Shown here: piece by piece, positions 25,876 through 37,339 of the stretch
Numbering within the stretch: position 1 is the first letter of the stretch
Layout of the letters: each line of letters begins with the position of its first letter
Source: Candidatus Omnitrophota bacterium
GTDB lineage: Bacteria; Omnitrophota; Gorgyraeia; B26-G9
Reading direction: 5' to 3'
Length of the DNA stretch: 64,000 nt
Assembly (NCBI GenBank): GCA_018817165.1
Contig: JAHITY010000070.1
Span: forward strand, 363 to 64,362
The notes under the pieces: generated by a model
The model's input: the letters and a program-made list of their open reading frames with translations, nothing else
Database searches by the model: none
What the model was told of the DNA's origin: nothing
Program-made: the position numbers and the translations under genes

Positions 25876-25892
25876 TTGGCACGCTTGATGCT
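25876..25892 (+). promoter_or_regulatory. sigma54 (-24/-12) promoter of the nif operon
   Basis: TTGGCACGCTTGATGCT: GG-N10-GC. Confidence 0.88.
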
Positions 25893-25927
25893 TTAGACAT
25901 TATGAATATTCAGTAATGAGAATCTGA

Positions 25928-26800
<873 letters not shown>

Positions 26801-26833
26801 TAAAAACCTTAATTTATCAAAGAGGAGTGAAAA

Positions 26834-27166
26834 ATGGCGAAAATTCTTGTGAGAGCAATTGTTAGACCGGAAAAAGCGGATGGAGTATTAAAAGCTTTGT
26901 TTGAGGCAGGTTATCCGGCAGTTACTCGGGTTTCTGTTTGCGGCCGCGGTAAGCAACGCGGGCTTAAGGTGGGAGAAGTTACTTATGATGAGCTGCCTAA
27001 AGAGCTGTTAATGACGGTTATTCCGGAAGGTGATAAAAAATTTGTTATCGACAGTATTTTAAAATCAGCGAGAACAAGTGAGGCTGGTAATTTTGGCGAT
27101 GGTAAGATATTTGTTTCACCGGTTGATGAAGTTTATACAGTTAGTTCTGGGCTAAAGGACGAATAA
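26834..27166 (+). CDS. nifI1: PII-family nitrogenase regulator NifI1
   Basis: GRGKQRG, YDELPK, GDGKIFV; located between nifH and nifD. Confidence 0.9.
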   Translation: MAKILVRAIVRPEKADGVLKALFEAGYPAVTRVSVCGRGKQRGLKVGEVTYDELPKELLMTVIPEGDKKFVIDSILKSARTSEAGNFGDGKIFVSPVDEVYTVSSGLKDE

Positions 27167-27217
27167 TAGGTTAAATATTTAGAGGATTTAAACTCTTTAT
27201 TACTGGAGGATATATTA

Positions 27218-27628
27218 ATGAAAGAAGTGATGGCAATAATTAGAATGAATAAGATCAATGACACTAAACGGGCTTTAAACGACGCTGGGATCACATCGTT
27301 TACGGCTACCGGAAGAGTTCTTGGCCGGGGAAAGGGTTTAGTTGATTATCGAATCCTCAAAGGCGCAGGCGAAGGTTATCAAGAAGCGATTGATCAGCTA
27401 GGTCAGGGCCCGAGGTTTGTCCCCAAGCGATTGATTACAATTGTTGTTTCTGATGATTGGGTAGAGCGCACAGTCAAAGCGATAATTGATACGAATAAAA
27501 CCGGAAATGCGGGAGATGGGAAAATATTTGTTTTACCAATACTCCAGGCCACAAGAGTAAGAACCGGAGAAACCGCGGAAGGTCCAAGTGGCGGGGGCGT
27601 TCTTGATTCATCAGGAGGTTTATCATGA
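27218..27628 (+). CDS. nifI2: PII-family nitrogenase regulator NifI2
   Basis: MKEVMAIIRMNK, GRGKG, GDGKIFVLP. Confidence 0.9.
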   Translation: MKEVMAIIRMNKINDTKRALNDAGITSFTATGRVLGRGKGLVDYRILKGAGEGYQEAIDQLGQGPRFVPKRLITIVVSDDWVERTVKAIIDTNKTGNAGDGKIFVLPILQATRVRTGETAEGPSGGGVLDSSGGLS

Positions 27629-29259
27629 TCAGACCAGAAAAAATATTACCAAATCCTTCAAAAGTTAAAGAAGCTATTTTGGCAAAGTATCCGGCTAAAA
27701 TTGCCCGGAAGCGTGAGAAAAGTATGGTGGTCAATGATCCTAAGTTAGACCAGGAAATTCAGTCTAATGTGAGAACTATTCCCGGGATTATTACGCAGAG
27801 GGGCTGTACATATGCCGGTTGTAAAGGGGTTGTTCTTGGGCCAACCCGAGATATTATTAATCTTGTGCATGGTCCGATTGGCTGCAGCTTTTATGCCTGG
27901 TTAACTCGTCGGAATCAGACTGATCCCGGACCTGATGGCGACAACTTTATGAATTATTGTTTTTCTACTGATATGCAGGATGACAATATTGTTTTTGGCG
28001 GGGAGAAGAAGTTAAAGCAAGCGATACAGGAAGCGTATGATATTTTTCATCCTAAGGCAATTGGGGTGTTTTCTACATGTCCGGTTGGGCTTATTGGCGA
28101 CGATGTTCATGCCGTTTCCCGGGAAATGAAAGAGAAGTTAGGCGATTGCAATGTTTTTGGTTTTAGTTGTGAAGGGTATAAAGGAGTAAGTCAATCCGCG
28201 GGACATCATATTGCCAATAATCAGCTGTTTAAACATGTTGTTGGTTTGAATGATGAAAAGCCTACGGGTAAATACAATATTAATTTATTGGGCGAATATA
28301 ATATCGGTGGTGATGGTTTTGAAATTGATCGCTTGTTTAAGGCTTGTGGGATAAATGTTGTGTGCACTTTTAGCGGTAATTCGACAATCGGCGCGTTTGA
28401 GAAATCGCATACGGCGGATCTGAATTTAGTTATGTGCCATAGGTCGATTAATTATATGGCAGAAATGATGAAGACAAAGTTCGGCATTCCTTGGATAAAA
28501 ATTAATTTTATCGGTGCTATGGCAACGGCAAAAGCACTGCGTAAAGTTGGTGAGTATTTCGGAGATAAAAAACTAAAAGATCGGATTGAACAAGTAATCT
28601 CCCTGGAAATGCCCGAGGTATTGAAGGCCCAGGAAGATGTGAAATCTAGAACAGCCGGCAAGCTGGCAATGCTGTTTGTCGGAGGATCTCGCGCGCATCA
28701 TTATCAAGAATTGTTTAAAGAAATTGGGATGGATGTAGTTTCCGCGGGGTATGAATTTGCCCATCGTGATGATTATGAAGGCAGAAAAGTTATACCGACG
28801 ATTAAGGTAGACGCGGATTCGCGGAATATTGAAGAGTTAACAATCGAAAAAGACCCAGAGCGTTATAACCTTCGGGCTTCAGTTGAGAAAATGGAAAAGC
28901 TTAAAAAGAAAGGGCTGGAAGTTAGTGATTATGTCGGGATGATGTCAGATATGCAAGATCAGTCTTTGATTGTGGATGATATTACTCATTGGGAAAGTGA
29001 TAAATTAATCGAATACTACAAGCCTGATATTTTTTGCGCGGGAATTAAAGAGAAATATGTTGTGCAAAAAACTGGTATTCCTTTAAAACAGTTGCATAGT
29101 TATGATAGCGGCGGTCCATATGCTGGGTTTAAAGGCGCGATTAATTTTTATAAAGAAATTGATCAGATGACTAATACGAAAATCTGGAAGAAATTAAAAG
29201 CTCCATGGTTAAGTTCGAACAAAGAATCTTCAATAAACGCTGAATATGTTTCAGCTTAA
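27625..29259 (+). CDS. nifD: MoFe protein alpha chain (group II)
   Basis: RGCTYAG, HGPIGC, TCP, QSAGHH, CHRS, GGSRAHH, HSYD; carries the group II insertion. Confidence 0.97.
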   Translation: MIRPEKILPNPSKVKEAILAKYPAKIARKREKSMVVNDPKLDQEIQSNVRTIPGIITQRGCTYAGCKGVVLGPTRDIINLVHGPIGCSFYAWLTRRNQTDPGPDGDNFMNYCFSTDMQDDNIVFGGEKKLKQAIQEAYDIFHPKAIGVFSTCPVGLIGDDVHAVSREMKEKLGDCNVFGFSCEGYKGVSQSAGHHIANNQLFKHVVGLNDEKPTGKYNINLLGEYNIGGDGFEIDRLFKACGINVVCTFSGNSTIGAFEKSHTADLNLVMCHRSINYMAEMMKTKFGIPWIKINFIGAMATAKALRKVGEYFGDKKLKDRIEQVISLEMPEVLKAQEDVKSRTAGKLAMLFVGGSRAHHYQELFKEIGMDVVSAGYEFAHRDDYEGRKVIPTIKVDADSRNIEELTIEKDPERYNLRASVEKMEKLKKKGLEVSDYVGMMSDMQDQSLIVDDITHWESDKLIEYYKPDIFCAGIKEKYVVQKTGIPLKQLHSYDSGGPYAGFKGAINFYKEIDQMTNTKIWKKLKAPWLSSNKESSINAEYVSA

Positions 29260-29277
29260 TTGAATTAAGGAGGCAAT

Positions 29278-30660
29278 ATGCTTTTACGACATACACCAAA
29301 AGAAATTATTAAAAGAAGCGCGTTAACGATTAGTCCGGCAAAGACTTGTCAGCCGATTGGCGCGATGTACGCGGCGCTAGGCGTTCATTCGTGTTTGCCG
29401 CATTCGCACGGCTCTCAAGGCTGTTGTTCTTATCATCGCAGCGCGCTCACACGTCATTATAAGGATCCGATTATGGCCGGAACCAGTTCTTTTACCGAAG
29501 GGTCCTGTGTTTTTGGCGGGCAAGCGAATTTGCTGCAGGGGATATCTAATATTTTTACGATTTATGAGCCGGATATTATTGCGGTTCATACAACTTGTTT
29601 GTCTGAGACTATTGGCGATGATGTTAATCAAATTGTCCAGAAAGCAAAAGATGACGGTAAAGTTCCTGAAGGGAAAAAAATCATACATTGCAATACTCCG
29701 AGTTATGTGGGGTCGCATGTAACCGGGTTTTCCAATATGGTTGCGGGGATTGTTAAAGGATTAGCTGCTTCAACAGGAATAAAAACTAATACGATAAATA
29801 TTATTCCGGGTTGGGTGGAACCTTCGGATATGCGGGAAATTAAACGGATCGCAAAGGATATGGGCATATCGATTGTTTTGTTTCCCGATACTTCTGATGT
29901 GGTAGATACTCCTCAGACAGGGAAATTTAAAATGTACCCGGACGGCGGTGTGACTCAAAAGGAGATGGCGATTACCGGTGACAGCAAAGCGACTTTGGCT
30001 TTAGGTTCTTTTGCCTCTGAGGCTGGGGCAAAGCAATTGGATATTTCTTTTAAGGTCCCTTTTAAAGTGCTGGATATTCCTATTGGTCTTTCGGCAACAG
30101 ATCGTTTCATCGAGAGTTTAAGCTCAGTGGCTGGAGTGAAGGTGCCGGATTCTTTTGTTGCTGAACGCGGGCGCTTAGTTGATGTTATTACGGATATGTC
30201 GCAGTATTTTTATGGGAAAAAAGTTGCTCTATTTGGTGATCCTGATCAGTTGATCCCGTTGACCGAGTTTTTAATTGACCTGAATATGAAGCCAGTGCAT
30301 ATGGTTAGCGGTACGCCTGGTAAGAAGTTTATGGAAAGAATTGAAGAAGTATCCGGTGATCTTTTTAAAACAATGAATGTCCAAAACGGAGCACAAGCGG
30401 ATATGTTTCTTTTACATCAGTGGATTAAGAACGAGAAGCCGGATCTGTTGATTGGAAATACATATGGAAAGTATATTGCCCGGGACGAAGGGATTCCATT
30501 TGTCAGAATGGGTTTCCCGATTCTTGATCGGATCGGCCATAGTTATTTTCCCACAGTTGGCTATAGCGGAGGTATTAGAATTCTGGAGAAAATGTTAGAT
30601 GCCATACTTGATCATAAAGATGCGACATGTAGTGAAATAGAGATGGAGCTTGTGCTCTAA
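29278..30660 (+). CDS. nifK: MoFe protein beta chain
   Basis: KTCQPIG, HGSQGC, TTCLSETIGDD, TPSY. Confidence 0.96.
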   Translation: MLLRHTPKEIIKRSALTISPAKTCQPIGAMYAALGVHSCLPHSHGSQGCCSYHRSALTRHYKDPIMAGTSSFTEGSCVFGGQANLLQGISNIFTIYEPDIIAVHTTCLSETIGDDVNQIVQKAKDDGKVPEGKKIIHCNTPSYVGSHVTGFSNMVAGIVKGLAASTGIKTNTINIIPGWVEPSDMREIKRIAKDMGISIVLFPDTSDVVDTPQTGKFKMYPDGGVTQKEMAITGDSKATLALGSFASEAGAKQLDISFKVPFKVLDIPIGLSATDRFIESLSSVAGVKVPDSFVAERGRLVDVITDMSQYFYGKKVALFGDPDQLIPLTEFLIDLNMKPVHMVSGTPGKKFMERIEEVSGDLFKTMNVQNGAQADMFLLHQWIKNEKPDLLIGNTYGKYIARDEGIPFVRMGFPILDRIGHSYFPTVGYSGGIRILEKMLDAILDHKDATCSEIEMELVL

Positions 30661-30670
30661 TGAGGCTGTG

Positions 30671-32023
30671 ATGGATATATTACAATCAAGAAAAAAACAA
30701 GTAGTTCGAAGCAATGGGCAAGGAATGTCGATCGTATGTGAGAAACGGTCGGCATCTGGGTCTGTTAGTCAAAGAGCTTGTGTTTTTTGCGGATCAAGGG
30801 TTGTTTTATATCCGATTGCCGATGCATTGCATATTGTGCATGGGCCTATTGGCTGCGCCGCATACACGTGGGACATCAGAGGCTCTGTTTCCTCAGGCCC
30901 GGAATTACATCGTCTGAGTTTTTCTACAGATCTTCGCGAAACAGATATTATTTTTGGCGGGGAAAAGAAATTGGAAGCCATGCTTGATGAATTAATCGAT
31001 CAGTATAGTCCAAAAGCCGCTTTTGTTTACGCGACTTGTGTTGTGGGAGTTATTGGTGATGATGTAGCGGCAATTTGTAAGAAAATGACAAATAAGAAAA
31101 AAATCCCGGTTATTCCGGTGCATTCTGAAGGTTTTAAAGGAACCAAAAAAGATGGTTATCAGGCTGCTTGTGATGCCATCGCCTGTTTAGTGGGAACAGG
31201 ATCGATTTCGGGGATAAGCCCGGTTTCAATAAATATTATGGGTGAATTTAATCTTGCTGGTGAGACTTGGATTATAAAAGAATATTTCAAGAAAATGGGC
31301 ATTGAGGTTATCACGACGATGACTGGTGATGGCCGGGTAGAAGAGTTAAAAAGAGCACATGGGGCAAAACTTAATGTTGTGCAATGTTCCGGTTCGATGA
31401 TGGCAATAGCCAAGACAATGAAAGAGAAATATGGGATTCCGTTTATCCGGGTTTCTTATTTTGGGATTGAAGATATGGCTGACGCGCTTTATCAAATCGC
31501 GGATTATTTTAAAGAGCAAGATCGTGGAATTATAGAAAGAACCGAGAAATTAGTGCGCAAAGAAATTTTAGATTTGAACGATCAATTAGAAGGATATCGC
31601 CAAGATCTGGCAGGTAAAAAAGCCGCGATATATGTTGGCGGGGCATTTAAGGCTTTATCATTGATCAAAGCTTTACGCCATTTGGGAATGAAAACAGTGG
31701 TAGTTGGTTCTCAGACCGGTAATGCTGATGATTATAAAAGATTGCAGGCTTTGGCTGAGCCGGGAACGATAATTGTCGATGATTCTAATCCGGTTGAGTT
31801 GGCGTCTTTTGTCTTGGAAAAAGATGTTGATCTTTTTATCGGAGGGGTAAAAGAACGGCCGATTGCCTATAAATTAGGCATTGGTTTTTGTGATCATAAT
31901 CATGAAAGAAAAATACCATTAGCGGGTTTCGCGGGAATGATAAATTTTGCTAAAGAAGTCCATAAATCAGTAATCAGCCCGGTTTGGAATTTGGTGCCAA
32001 GGAGATATCATCGTGCAGACTAA
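30671..32023 (+). CDS. nifE: FeMo-cofactor scaffold NifE
   Basis: QRACVFCG, HGPIGC, ATC, VQC. Confidence 0.93.
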   Translation: MDILQSRKKQVVRSNGQGMSIVCEKRSASGSVSQRACVFCGSRVVLYPIADALHIVHGPIGCAAYTWDIRGSVSSGPELHRLSFSTDLRETDIIFGGEKKLEAMLDELIDQYSPKAAFVYATCVVGVIGDDVAAICKKMTNKKKIPVIPVHSEGFKGTKKDGYQAACDAIACLVGTGSISGISPVSINIMGEFNLAGETWIIKEYFKKMGIEVITTMTGDGRVEELKRAHGAKLNVVQCSGSMMAIAKTMKEKYGIPFIRVSYFGIEDMADALYQIADYFKEQDRGIIERTEKLVRKEILDLNDQLEGYRQDLAGKKAAIYVGGAFKALSLIKALRHLGMKTVVVGSQTGNADDYKRLQALAEPGTIIVDDSNPVELASFVLEKDVDLFIGGVKERPIAYKLGIGFCDHNHERKIPLAGFAGMINFAKEVHKSVISPVWNLVPRRYHRAD

Positions 32024-33341
32024 TCCTTGTAAATTATGCGCTCCTTTAGGAGCATCATTGGTCTTAAGAGGGATTGATGGCTCTATGCCCTTTTTGCATG
32101 GCTCTCAGGGATGCGCGACGTATATTCGTCGGTATATGATCAGTCACTTTCGCGAGCCATTAGATATCGCCTCTTCTAGTTTTCATGAGGAGACAGCAAT
32201 ATTTGGCGGACGGCAGGAATTATTAGAAGGTATTCATAATGTATACAAGCAATATTCTCCAAAATTAATCGGGATTGTATCGACTTGTTTGGCAGAAACA
32301 ATTGGAGAGGATACTCAAGCGTTGATCAGTCAGATGAAAGCAAATAATGAGTTGCCGGAAGATGTGGAAGTTATATTTATATCAGCCCCCAGTTATGCTG
32401 GAAGTCACTCGGATGGTTTTAGGCAAGCGACAAAGGCTTTGGTTGAGCAGCTTTGTATTAAAGGTGAAACAAAACAGCAGATAAATATTTTGCCGGCATT
32501 TTTATCAACAGAGGATTTGCGTTATTTAAGGGAAGTTGCAGATAGTTTTAATATGCCTGCGGTTATTCTGCCGGATTATTCTTCAACTCTGGATGGTGAA
32601 ATTTGGGATAGTTATCAGATACTGCCTAAAGGCGGTGAAAAATTAGAGAGCATCGCAAGCATGGGTTCTTCTTTGGCAACAATTGAATTAGGTTCTGCTT
32701 TAGATAATTCGCTTTCCGCCGGATCAGCGCTGGAAGAAAGATATTTTGTGCCAAATTATCGGATGGCTTTACCCATAGGGGTTAAGGCAACGGATAGGTT
32801 TTTAGATTCAATCGCAAAAATAACTAAAAATCCTATATCAACTAAATATTCCAGACAAAGAGGTCGGTTAATTGACTCTTATGCTGACGCGCATAAATAT
32901 ATTTCAGGAAAAAAAGCCGCTATTTTTGGGGATGAAGATATGGTTGTCGGTTTAGCCGGTTTTTTGTCAGAAATCGGGATTACTCCGGTTTTGTGTGCCA
33001 GCGGCAGCATGCGATCAAACTTTGGCGAAGCGGTAAGTGAAGTTGTTAAAGACGCTAAAGGTCCAATAGTGATTAAAGGTAATGTTGATTTTATCGATAT
33101 TGAAGAAGATATTAGGATGTTAAAACCAGATATTTTAATTGGGAATAGTAAGGGATATGCTATGTCGCGGCGATTAAATATTCCACTTTTGAGAGTGGGC
33201 TTTCCGATTCATGATCGGATTGGCGCTCAACGTATTTTGCACATAGGTTATCAAGGAACGCAGCAATTATTTGATCAAATTGTAAACATTATTCTTGAAC
33301 GCAGTCAAAAAGATTCTAGTGTGGGCTATACATATATTTAA
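32013..33341 (+). CDS. nifN: FeMo-cofactor scaffold NifN
   Basis: NPCKLCAPLG, HGSQGC, HFREP, TCLAE, GFPIHDR. Confidence 0.93.
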   Translation: MQTNPCKLCAPLGASLVLRGIDGSMPFLHGSQGCATYIRRYMISHFREPLDIASSSFHEETAIFGGRQELLEGIHNVYKQYSPKLIGIVSTCLAETIGEDTQALISQMKANNELPEDVEVIFISAPSYAGSHSDGFRQATKALVEQLCIKGETKQQINILPAFLSTEDLRYLREVADSFNMPAVILPDYSSTLDGEIWDSYQILPKGGEKLESIASMGSSLATIELGSALDNSLSAGSALEERYFVPNYRMALPIGVKATDRFLDSIAKITKNPISTKYSRQRGRLIDSYADAHKYISGKKAAIFGDEDMVVGLAGFLSEIGITPVLCASGSMRSNFGEAVSEVVKDAKGPIVIKGNVDFIDIEEDIRMLKPDILIGNSKGYAMSRRLNIPLLRVGFPIHDRIGAQRILHIGYQGTQQLFDQIVNIILERSQKDSSVGYTYI

Positions 33342-33392
33342 ATTTTATGATGACGCGGATGAATTTGTTTATAAATAAGAAGGAGAATAGAG

Positions 33393-34676
33393 ATGATAAA
33401 TATTGAAAAACATCCTTGTTTTAATGATAAGGCTCGTCATACATTTAGTCGAGTACATCTCCCGGTTTCGCCTAAATGCAATATACAGTGTAAATTTTGC
33501 GATCGATCATATGATTGTATGAATGAGAGCCGCCCGGGAGTAACCAGCGCGATATTATCACCGCAACAGGCGATGACATATATGGATAAAATTACGGAAA
33601 AGATCCCGAATTTGTCTGTAGTCGGAATCGCTGGACCAGGGGATCCTTTTGCCAATCCGGAAGAGACAATGGAAACGTTTCGCTTGGTAAGGGCAAAATA
33701 TCCGGAGGTTTTATTGTGTGTTGCTTCTAATGGATTAATGGCCGCGCCTTATGCTAAAGAATTAGCAAGTTTAAAGTTGAGCCATATTTCAATAACGATA
33801 AATGCGATAGATCCAAAAATAGGCGCAAAGATATATTCATGGGTTCGTGATGGTAAAAAAATTTATCGCGGTGAAGAAGGAGCATTGCGCCTCTGGGAGC
33901 GTCAGCAAGAAGCGTTAGCGGCTTTTAAGCAAGCCGGGGTTGTTTTGAAAGTGAATATGATTTTAATTCCCGGGATAAATGATCATCATGTTTCTGCTGT
34001 AGCAATAAAGATGAAAGAACTGGGAGTAGATATTATTAATCCTTTACCTTTTTATCCAGTCGCTAATTCAGAATTCGCAAGCTTAGAAGAGCCTGGCACA
34101 GAAATGGTTCTTAAGGCGCGTAAAGAGGTTGAGGAGCATGTTCCGGTTATGACGCATTGCATGCGTTGTCGAGCTGACGCGGCGGGGATCTTGGGCAAAG
34201 ATTCTGAAGATGGCAGGAATTTATTGGTCAGATGTTCACAAATGTCGCTGGACCCAAGAGATGATCGTCCTTATGTCGCGGTTGCGAGTCGGGAAGGTAT
34301 TTTAGTTAATCAGCATTTAGGTGAGGCTAGTAAATTTTATATTTTTAAAAAAGAAGAAGAAAAATATTTTCTGGAAACAGTCCGAGACGCGCCTTTATCG
34401 GGAGGAGGAAATGAAAGGTGGGAAGCTGTATCTAAGACATTGAAAGATTGTAAGGTGATTTTAGTTTCCCGCGTTGGCGATCAACCAAAAAAATATTTAC
34501 AAAAAAATGGGATAAAGGTTCTAGAAATGAACGGGATGATTAGCTATGGATTGCCCGCGGTTTTTGAAGGTAAAGCATTGCCCAAAGAATTGCAAATCGA
34601 AGCGCAGCCTTGTTCAGGATCTTTAGCAGCAGATAGTGGTCATAACTGTTCGGGTAATGGCATGGGGTGTATGTAG
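33393..34676 (+). CDS. nifB: radical SAM NifB with C-terminal NifX-like domain
   Basis: HPCF, CNIQCKFC, ESRPG, AGPGD, CMRCRADA, VNQHLG. Confidence 0.96.
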   Translation: MINIEKHPCFNDKARHTFSRVHLPVSPKCNIQCKFCDRSYDCMNESRPGVTSAILSPQQAMTYMDKITEKIPNLSVVGIAGPGDPFANPEETMETFRLVRAKYPEVLLCVASNGLMAAPYAKELASLKLSHISITINAIDPKIGAKIYSWVRDGKKIYRGEEGALRLWERQQEALAAFKQAGVVLKVNMILIPGINDHHVSAVAIKMKELGVDIINPLPFYPVANSEFASLEEPGTEMVLKARKEVEEHVPVMTHCMRCRADAAGILGKDSEDGRNLLVRCSQMSLDPRDDRPYVAVASREGILVNQHLGEASKFYIFKKEEEKYFLETVRDAPLSGGGNERWEAVSKTLKDCKVILVSRVGDQPKKYLQKNGIKVLEMNGMISYGLPAVFEGKALPKELQIEAQPCSGSLAADSGHNCSGNGMGCM

Positions 34677-34700
34677 TTTAACCCAAGAAAGGATAGAACA

Positions 34701-35006
34701 ATGGAAAAATTAGGAAAACATATTTTTGTTTGCGCGAGTTTTAGAGCTAATGGAGAGCCGCAAGGAGTTTGCCATAAAAAAGGATCAGTAACTTTAATGC
34801 CGTATTTGATTGAAGGATTATCGGATCGGGGAATGGACGATGTTATGGTTACAGCTTCCGGTTGCTTAAAGGTTTGCGATCGGGGGCCAGCTATGGTTAT
34901 TTATCCTGAAGGTGATTGGTATGGGAATTTAGATGAGCAGGCTTTAGATGAGATTCTTGATGCAATTGAAGGTGGGAATAAGGCGGAAAAATACTTATTA
35001 ACTTAA
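34701..35006 (+). CDS. thioredoxin-like [2Fe-2S] ferredoxin (nif-associated)
   Basis: HIFVC...GVC...GCLKVCDRGP..YPEGDWY. Confidence 0.88.
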   Translation: MEKLGKHIFVCASFRANGEPQGVCHKKGSVTLMPYLIEGLSDRGMDDVMVTASGCLKVCDRGPAMVIYPEGDWYGNLDEQALDEILDAIEGGNKAEKYLLT

Positions 35007-35025
35007 GTTTAAAGAGGAATGGATA

Positions 35026-36159
35026 ATGCTAAAAACAGCAAAATATTGGTTGATAGATACTACATTACGCGATGGTGAACAGTCTGCGGGGATTGTGTTT
35101 TCTTTGGAGGAAAAAATCGCTATCGCGACCATGCTGTCAGAAATGCAGGTGCCGGAATTAGAAGTCGGGATTCCGATCATGGGTGAAGAAGAAATAAGAC
35201 ATATCCGGACGATTCAAAATCTTGGACTAAAGTCCCGGATCACAACTTGGTGTCGGGCAAAATTCGAGGACATTAATCGAGCTTGTGAGACTAATGTGGA
35301 GAGTGTTCATATTTCTTTTCCCGGTTCGGAGGTGTTGCAAAAAGTATTTAATATGCAGGATGGGCAAGTTGTCCAAGCAATAATCGACCATGTTAAATAT
35401 GCTACCAAACTTTTTAATTATGTTTCGATAGGATTGCAGGATGTGGCCAGAGCAGATATGCAGTTTATTAATTTAGTTGTTGAGACTGCTTTTCGATACG
35501 GAGCGCATAGGATAAGATTAGCCGACTCGGTTGGATTGATGAATCCGGCACAGGTATTTGCCTTGTTTAGTTCTTTAACCGCGGCTTTTCCTTATAAGTG
35601 TTTTGAATTTCATGGACATAATGACCTGGGAATGGCCACTGCGAATAGTATTGCCGCTTTACAGGCAGGAGCGAAAGCCGTAAGCGTTACTGTGAATGGT
35701 TTAGGCGAAAGATGCGGTAACGCGGTTTTAGCCGAAGTGGTTATGGCGATCAAACATTCGCTAAAGGAAGAATGTGCTATCCAAGAGAAATATTTTATGA
35801 AAAGCTCCCGTTTAGTAGAAAGGGCTTCTGGTCAAAGCATTCCTTGGGACAAGCCAATTGTTGGAGCCAAAGCGTTTATGCACGAGTCTGGGATTCATAC
35901 TAAAGCAATGCTTAAAGATCATCGCAGTTATGAACCTTTTGAGCCAAAGGATGTTGGTAGGCGCAGAGAAGAATTTTTGATCGGAAAGCACTTGGGAGCA
36001 GCGGGTTTGAAAAATATATTGAGCAAACATAAGAATATAAAAGATTGCGTTGTAAGTAAACAATGTCTTGAAGAAATAAAAAATACTGTTACCAGTAAAA
36101 AAAGAAGTTTGACTAAACAGGAAGCAGTGGCGATTTATGAAAAATTGATTCATAACTAA
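35026..36159 (+). CDS. nifV: homocitrate synthase
   Basis: DTTLRDGEQ, HGHNDLGMA, GLGERCGN, HESGIH, IGKH; nif context. Confidence 0.9.
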   Translation: MLKTAKYWLIDTTLRDGEQSAGIVFSLEEKIAIATMLSEMQVPELEVGIPIMGEEEIRHIRTIQNLGLKSRITTWCRAKFEDINRACETNVESVHISFPGSEVLQKVFNMQDGQVVQAIIDHVKYATKLFNYVSIGLQDVARADMQFINLVVETAFRYGAHRIRLADSVGLMNPAQVFALFSSLTAAFPYKCFEFHGHNDLGMATANSIAALQAGAKAVSVTVNGLGERCGNAVLAEVVMAIKHSLKEECAIQEKYFMKSSRLVERASGQSIPWDKPIVGAKAFMHESGIHTKAMLKDHRSYEPFEPKDVGRRREEFLIGKHLGAAGLKNILSKHKNIKDCVVSKQCLEEIKNTVTSKKRSLTKQEAVAIYEKLIHN

Positions 36160-36170
36160 TCGGAAAGAAA

Positions 36171-36920
36171 ATGATGAAAAAGATAATTTTTATTACTTTT
36201 TGGTTGTTGTTTATACTTTGTTCATGTGTCTTTGCTGCGGAAATAAATATAGGCGTAGCCGCTAATTTTCAGCAGTGTATTAATCAAATAATCGCTGTTT
36301 ATAATATTGATAAACCGATAAAGATAAATTGTGTTTACGGCTCTAGCGGAAAACTTTTTGCCCAAATAAAAAATGGAGCACCGATAGATATATATTTTTC
36401 CGCCAATAGCGAATATCCCCGGAAACTGTTTGTTGAAAATGTGACAGTGAGTCAACCTGAAGTATACGCAAAAGGTCAGCTTGTTTTATGGTCGAAAGAT
36501 GAAAAAGATCTTTCTAATGGATTAAAATCTGTTTTGGCGGCTGATGTCGATAAAATTGCCATAGCTGACCCTAAAGTTGCTCCTTATGGAATTGAATCGA
36601 TTGCGGCTTTAAAATCAGCGAATATCTGGGAACAAATCGAAGATAAAATTGTTTATGGTTCGAGTATTTTCCAGGTGAATCATTTTATTGTCAGCAAAGC
36701 TGTGGATATGGGGATAACATCTTTATCATCTGTGATAATGCTTGAGGAGTATAGGAATCAATGGATCAAGATACAAGATGAATTATATCAGCCGATTGAA
36801 CAAGCAGCTGTGATAATAAATAAAGGACTGGTTAAACAAGAGGTGCAGGATTTTTATGATTTTATTTTTTCGGATGAAGCAAAAGTAATAATTGAAAAAT
36901 ATGGCTACAAGGTAGAGTAA
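36171..36920 (+). CDS. modA: molybdate ABC transporter periplasmic binding protein
   Basis: signal peptide, AAN, GSSGKL, APYG. Confidence 0.92.
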   Translation: MMKKIIFITFWLLFILCSCVFAAEINIGVAANFQQCINQIIAVYNIDKPIKINCVYGSSGKLFAQIKNGAPIDIYFSANSEYPRKLFVENVTVSQPEVYAKGQLVLWSKDEKDLSNGLKSVLAADVDKIAIADPKVAPYGIESIAALKSANIWEQIEDKIVYGSSIFQVNHFIVSKAVDMGITSLSSVIMLEEYRNQWIKIQDELYQPIEQAAVIINKGLVKQEVQDFYDFIFSDEAKVIIEKYGYKVE

Positions 36921-36922
36921 AT

Positions 36923-37339
36923 ATGAATCGATTAAATGTAAAAGTACAATCAATGGATGCTTGCGATGGTTTGACTTTTTTTAGTTTTAGCAAAGGCACT
37001 GATTTTTTACATAGCATTGTAATCGATGGCAAAGAAAAAAATATGGGTTTGAAACATGGCGATTCGGTTATCTTATGCTTTAAAGAAAGTGAGGTTTTTT
37101 TAGCGAAGGATTTTATGGGCAATATTTCAGTTTGCAATCAGTTAAAAGCAACTGTTAAAAATATCGAACAAGGCCATTTATTTTCAAAGATCAGACTGGA
37201 TTATCAGGGAGAAGAAATAATCGCCTTGATTATCAGCGCAGCGCTTAAACCAATGAATTTAAAAATCAATGATTCGGTTTATTGCATGGTCAAAGCAAAT
37301 GAAATCGCGATTATTCGGGAGCAAGGAAAAGATGATTGA
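36923..37339 (+). CDS. tandem TOBE/Mop molybdate-binding protein
   Basis: FKESEV, ISVCNQL, VKANEI; located in the mod operon. Confidence 0.82.
   Translation: MNRLNVKVQSMDACDGLTFFSFSKGTDFLHSIVIDGKEKNMGLKHGDSVILCFKESEVFLAKDFMGNISVCNQLKATVKNIEQGHLFSKIRLDYQGEEIIALIISAALKPMNLKINDSVYCMVKANEIAIIREQGKDD

Noticed and set aside
27625-30660. Alternative (V or Fe-only) nitrogenase
   Set aside because: No vnfG/anfG between D and K; group II insertion, nifEN and modABC indicate the Mo enzyme
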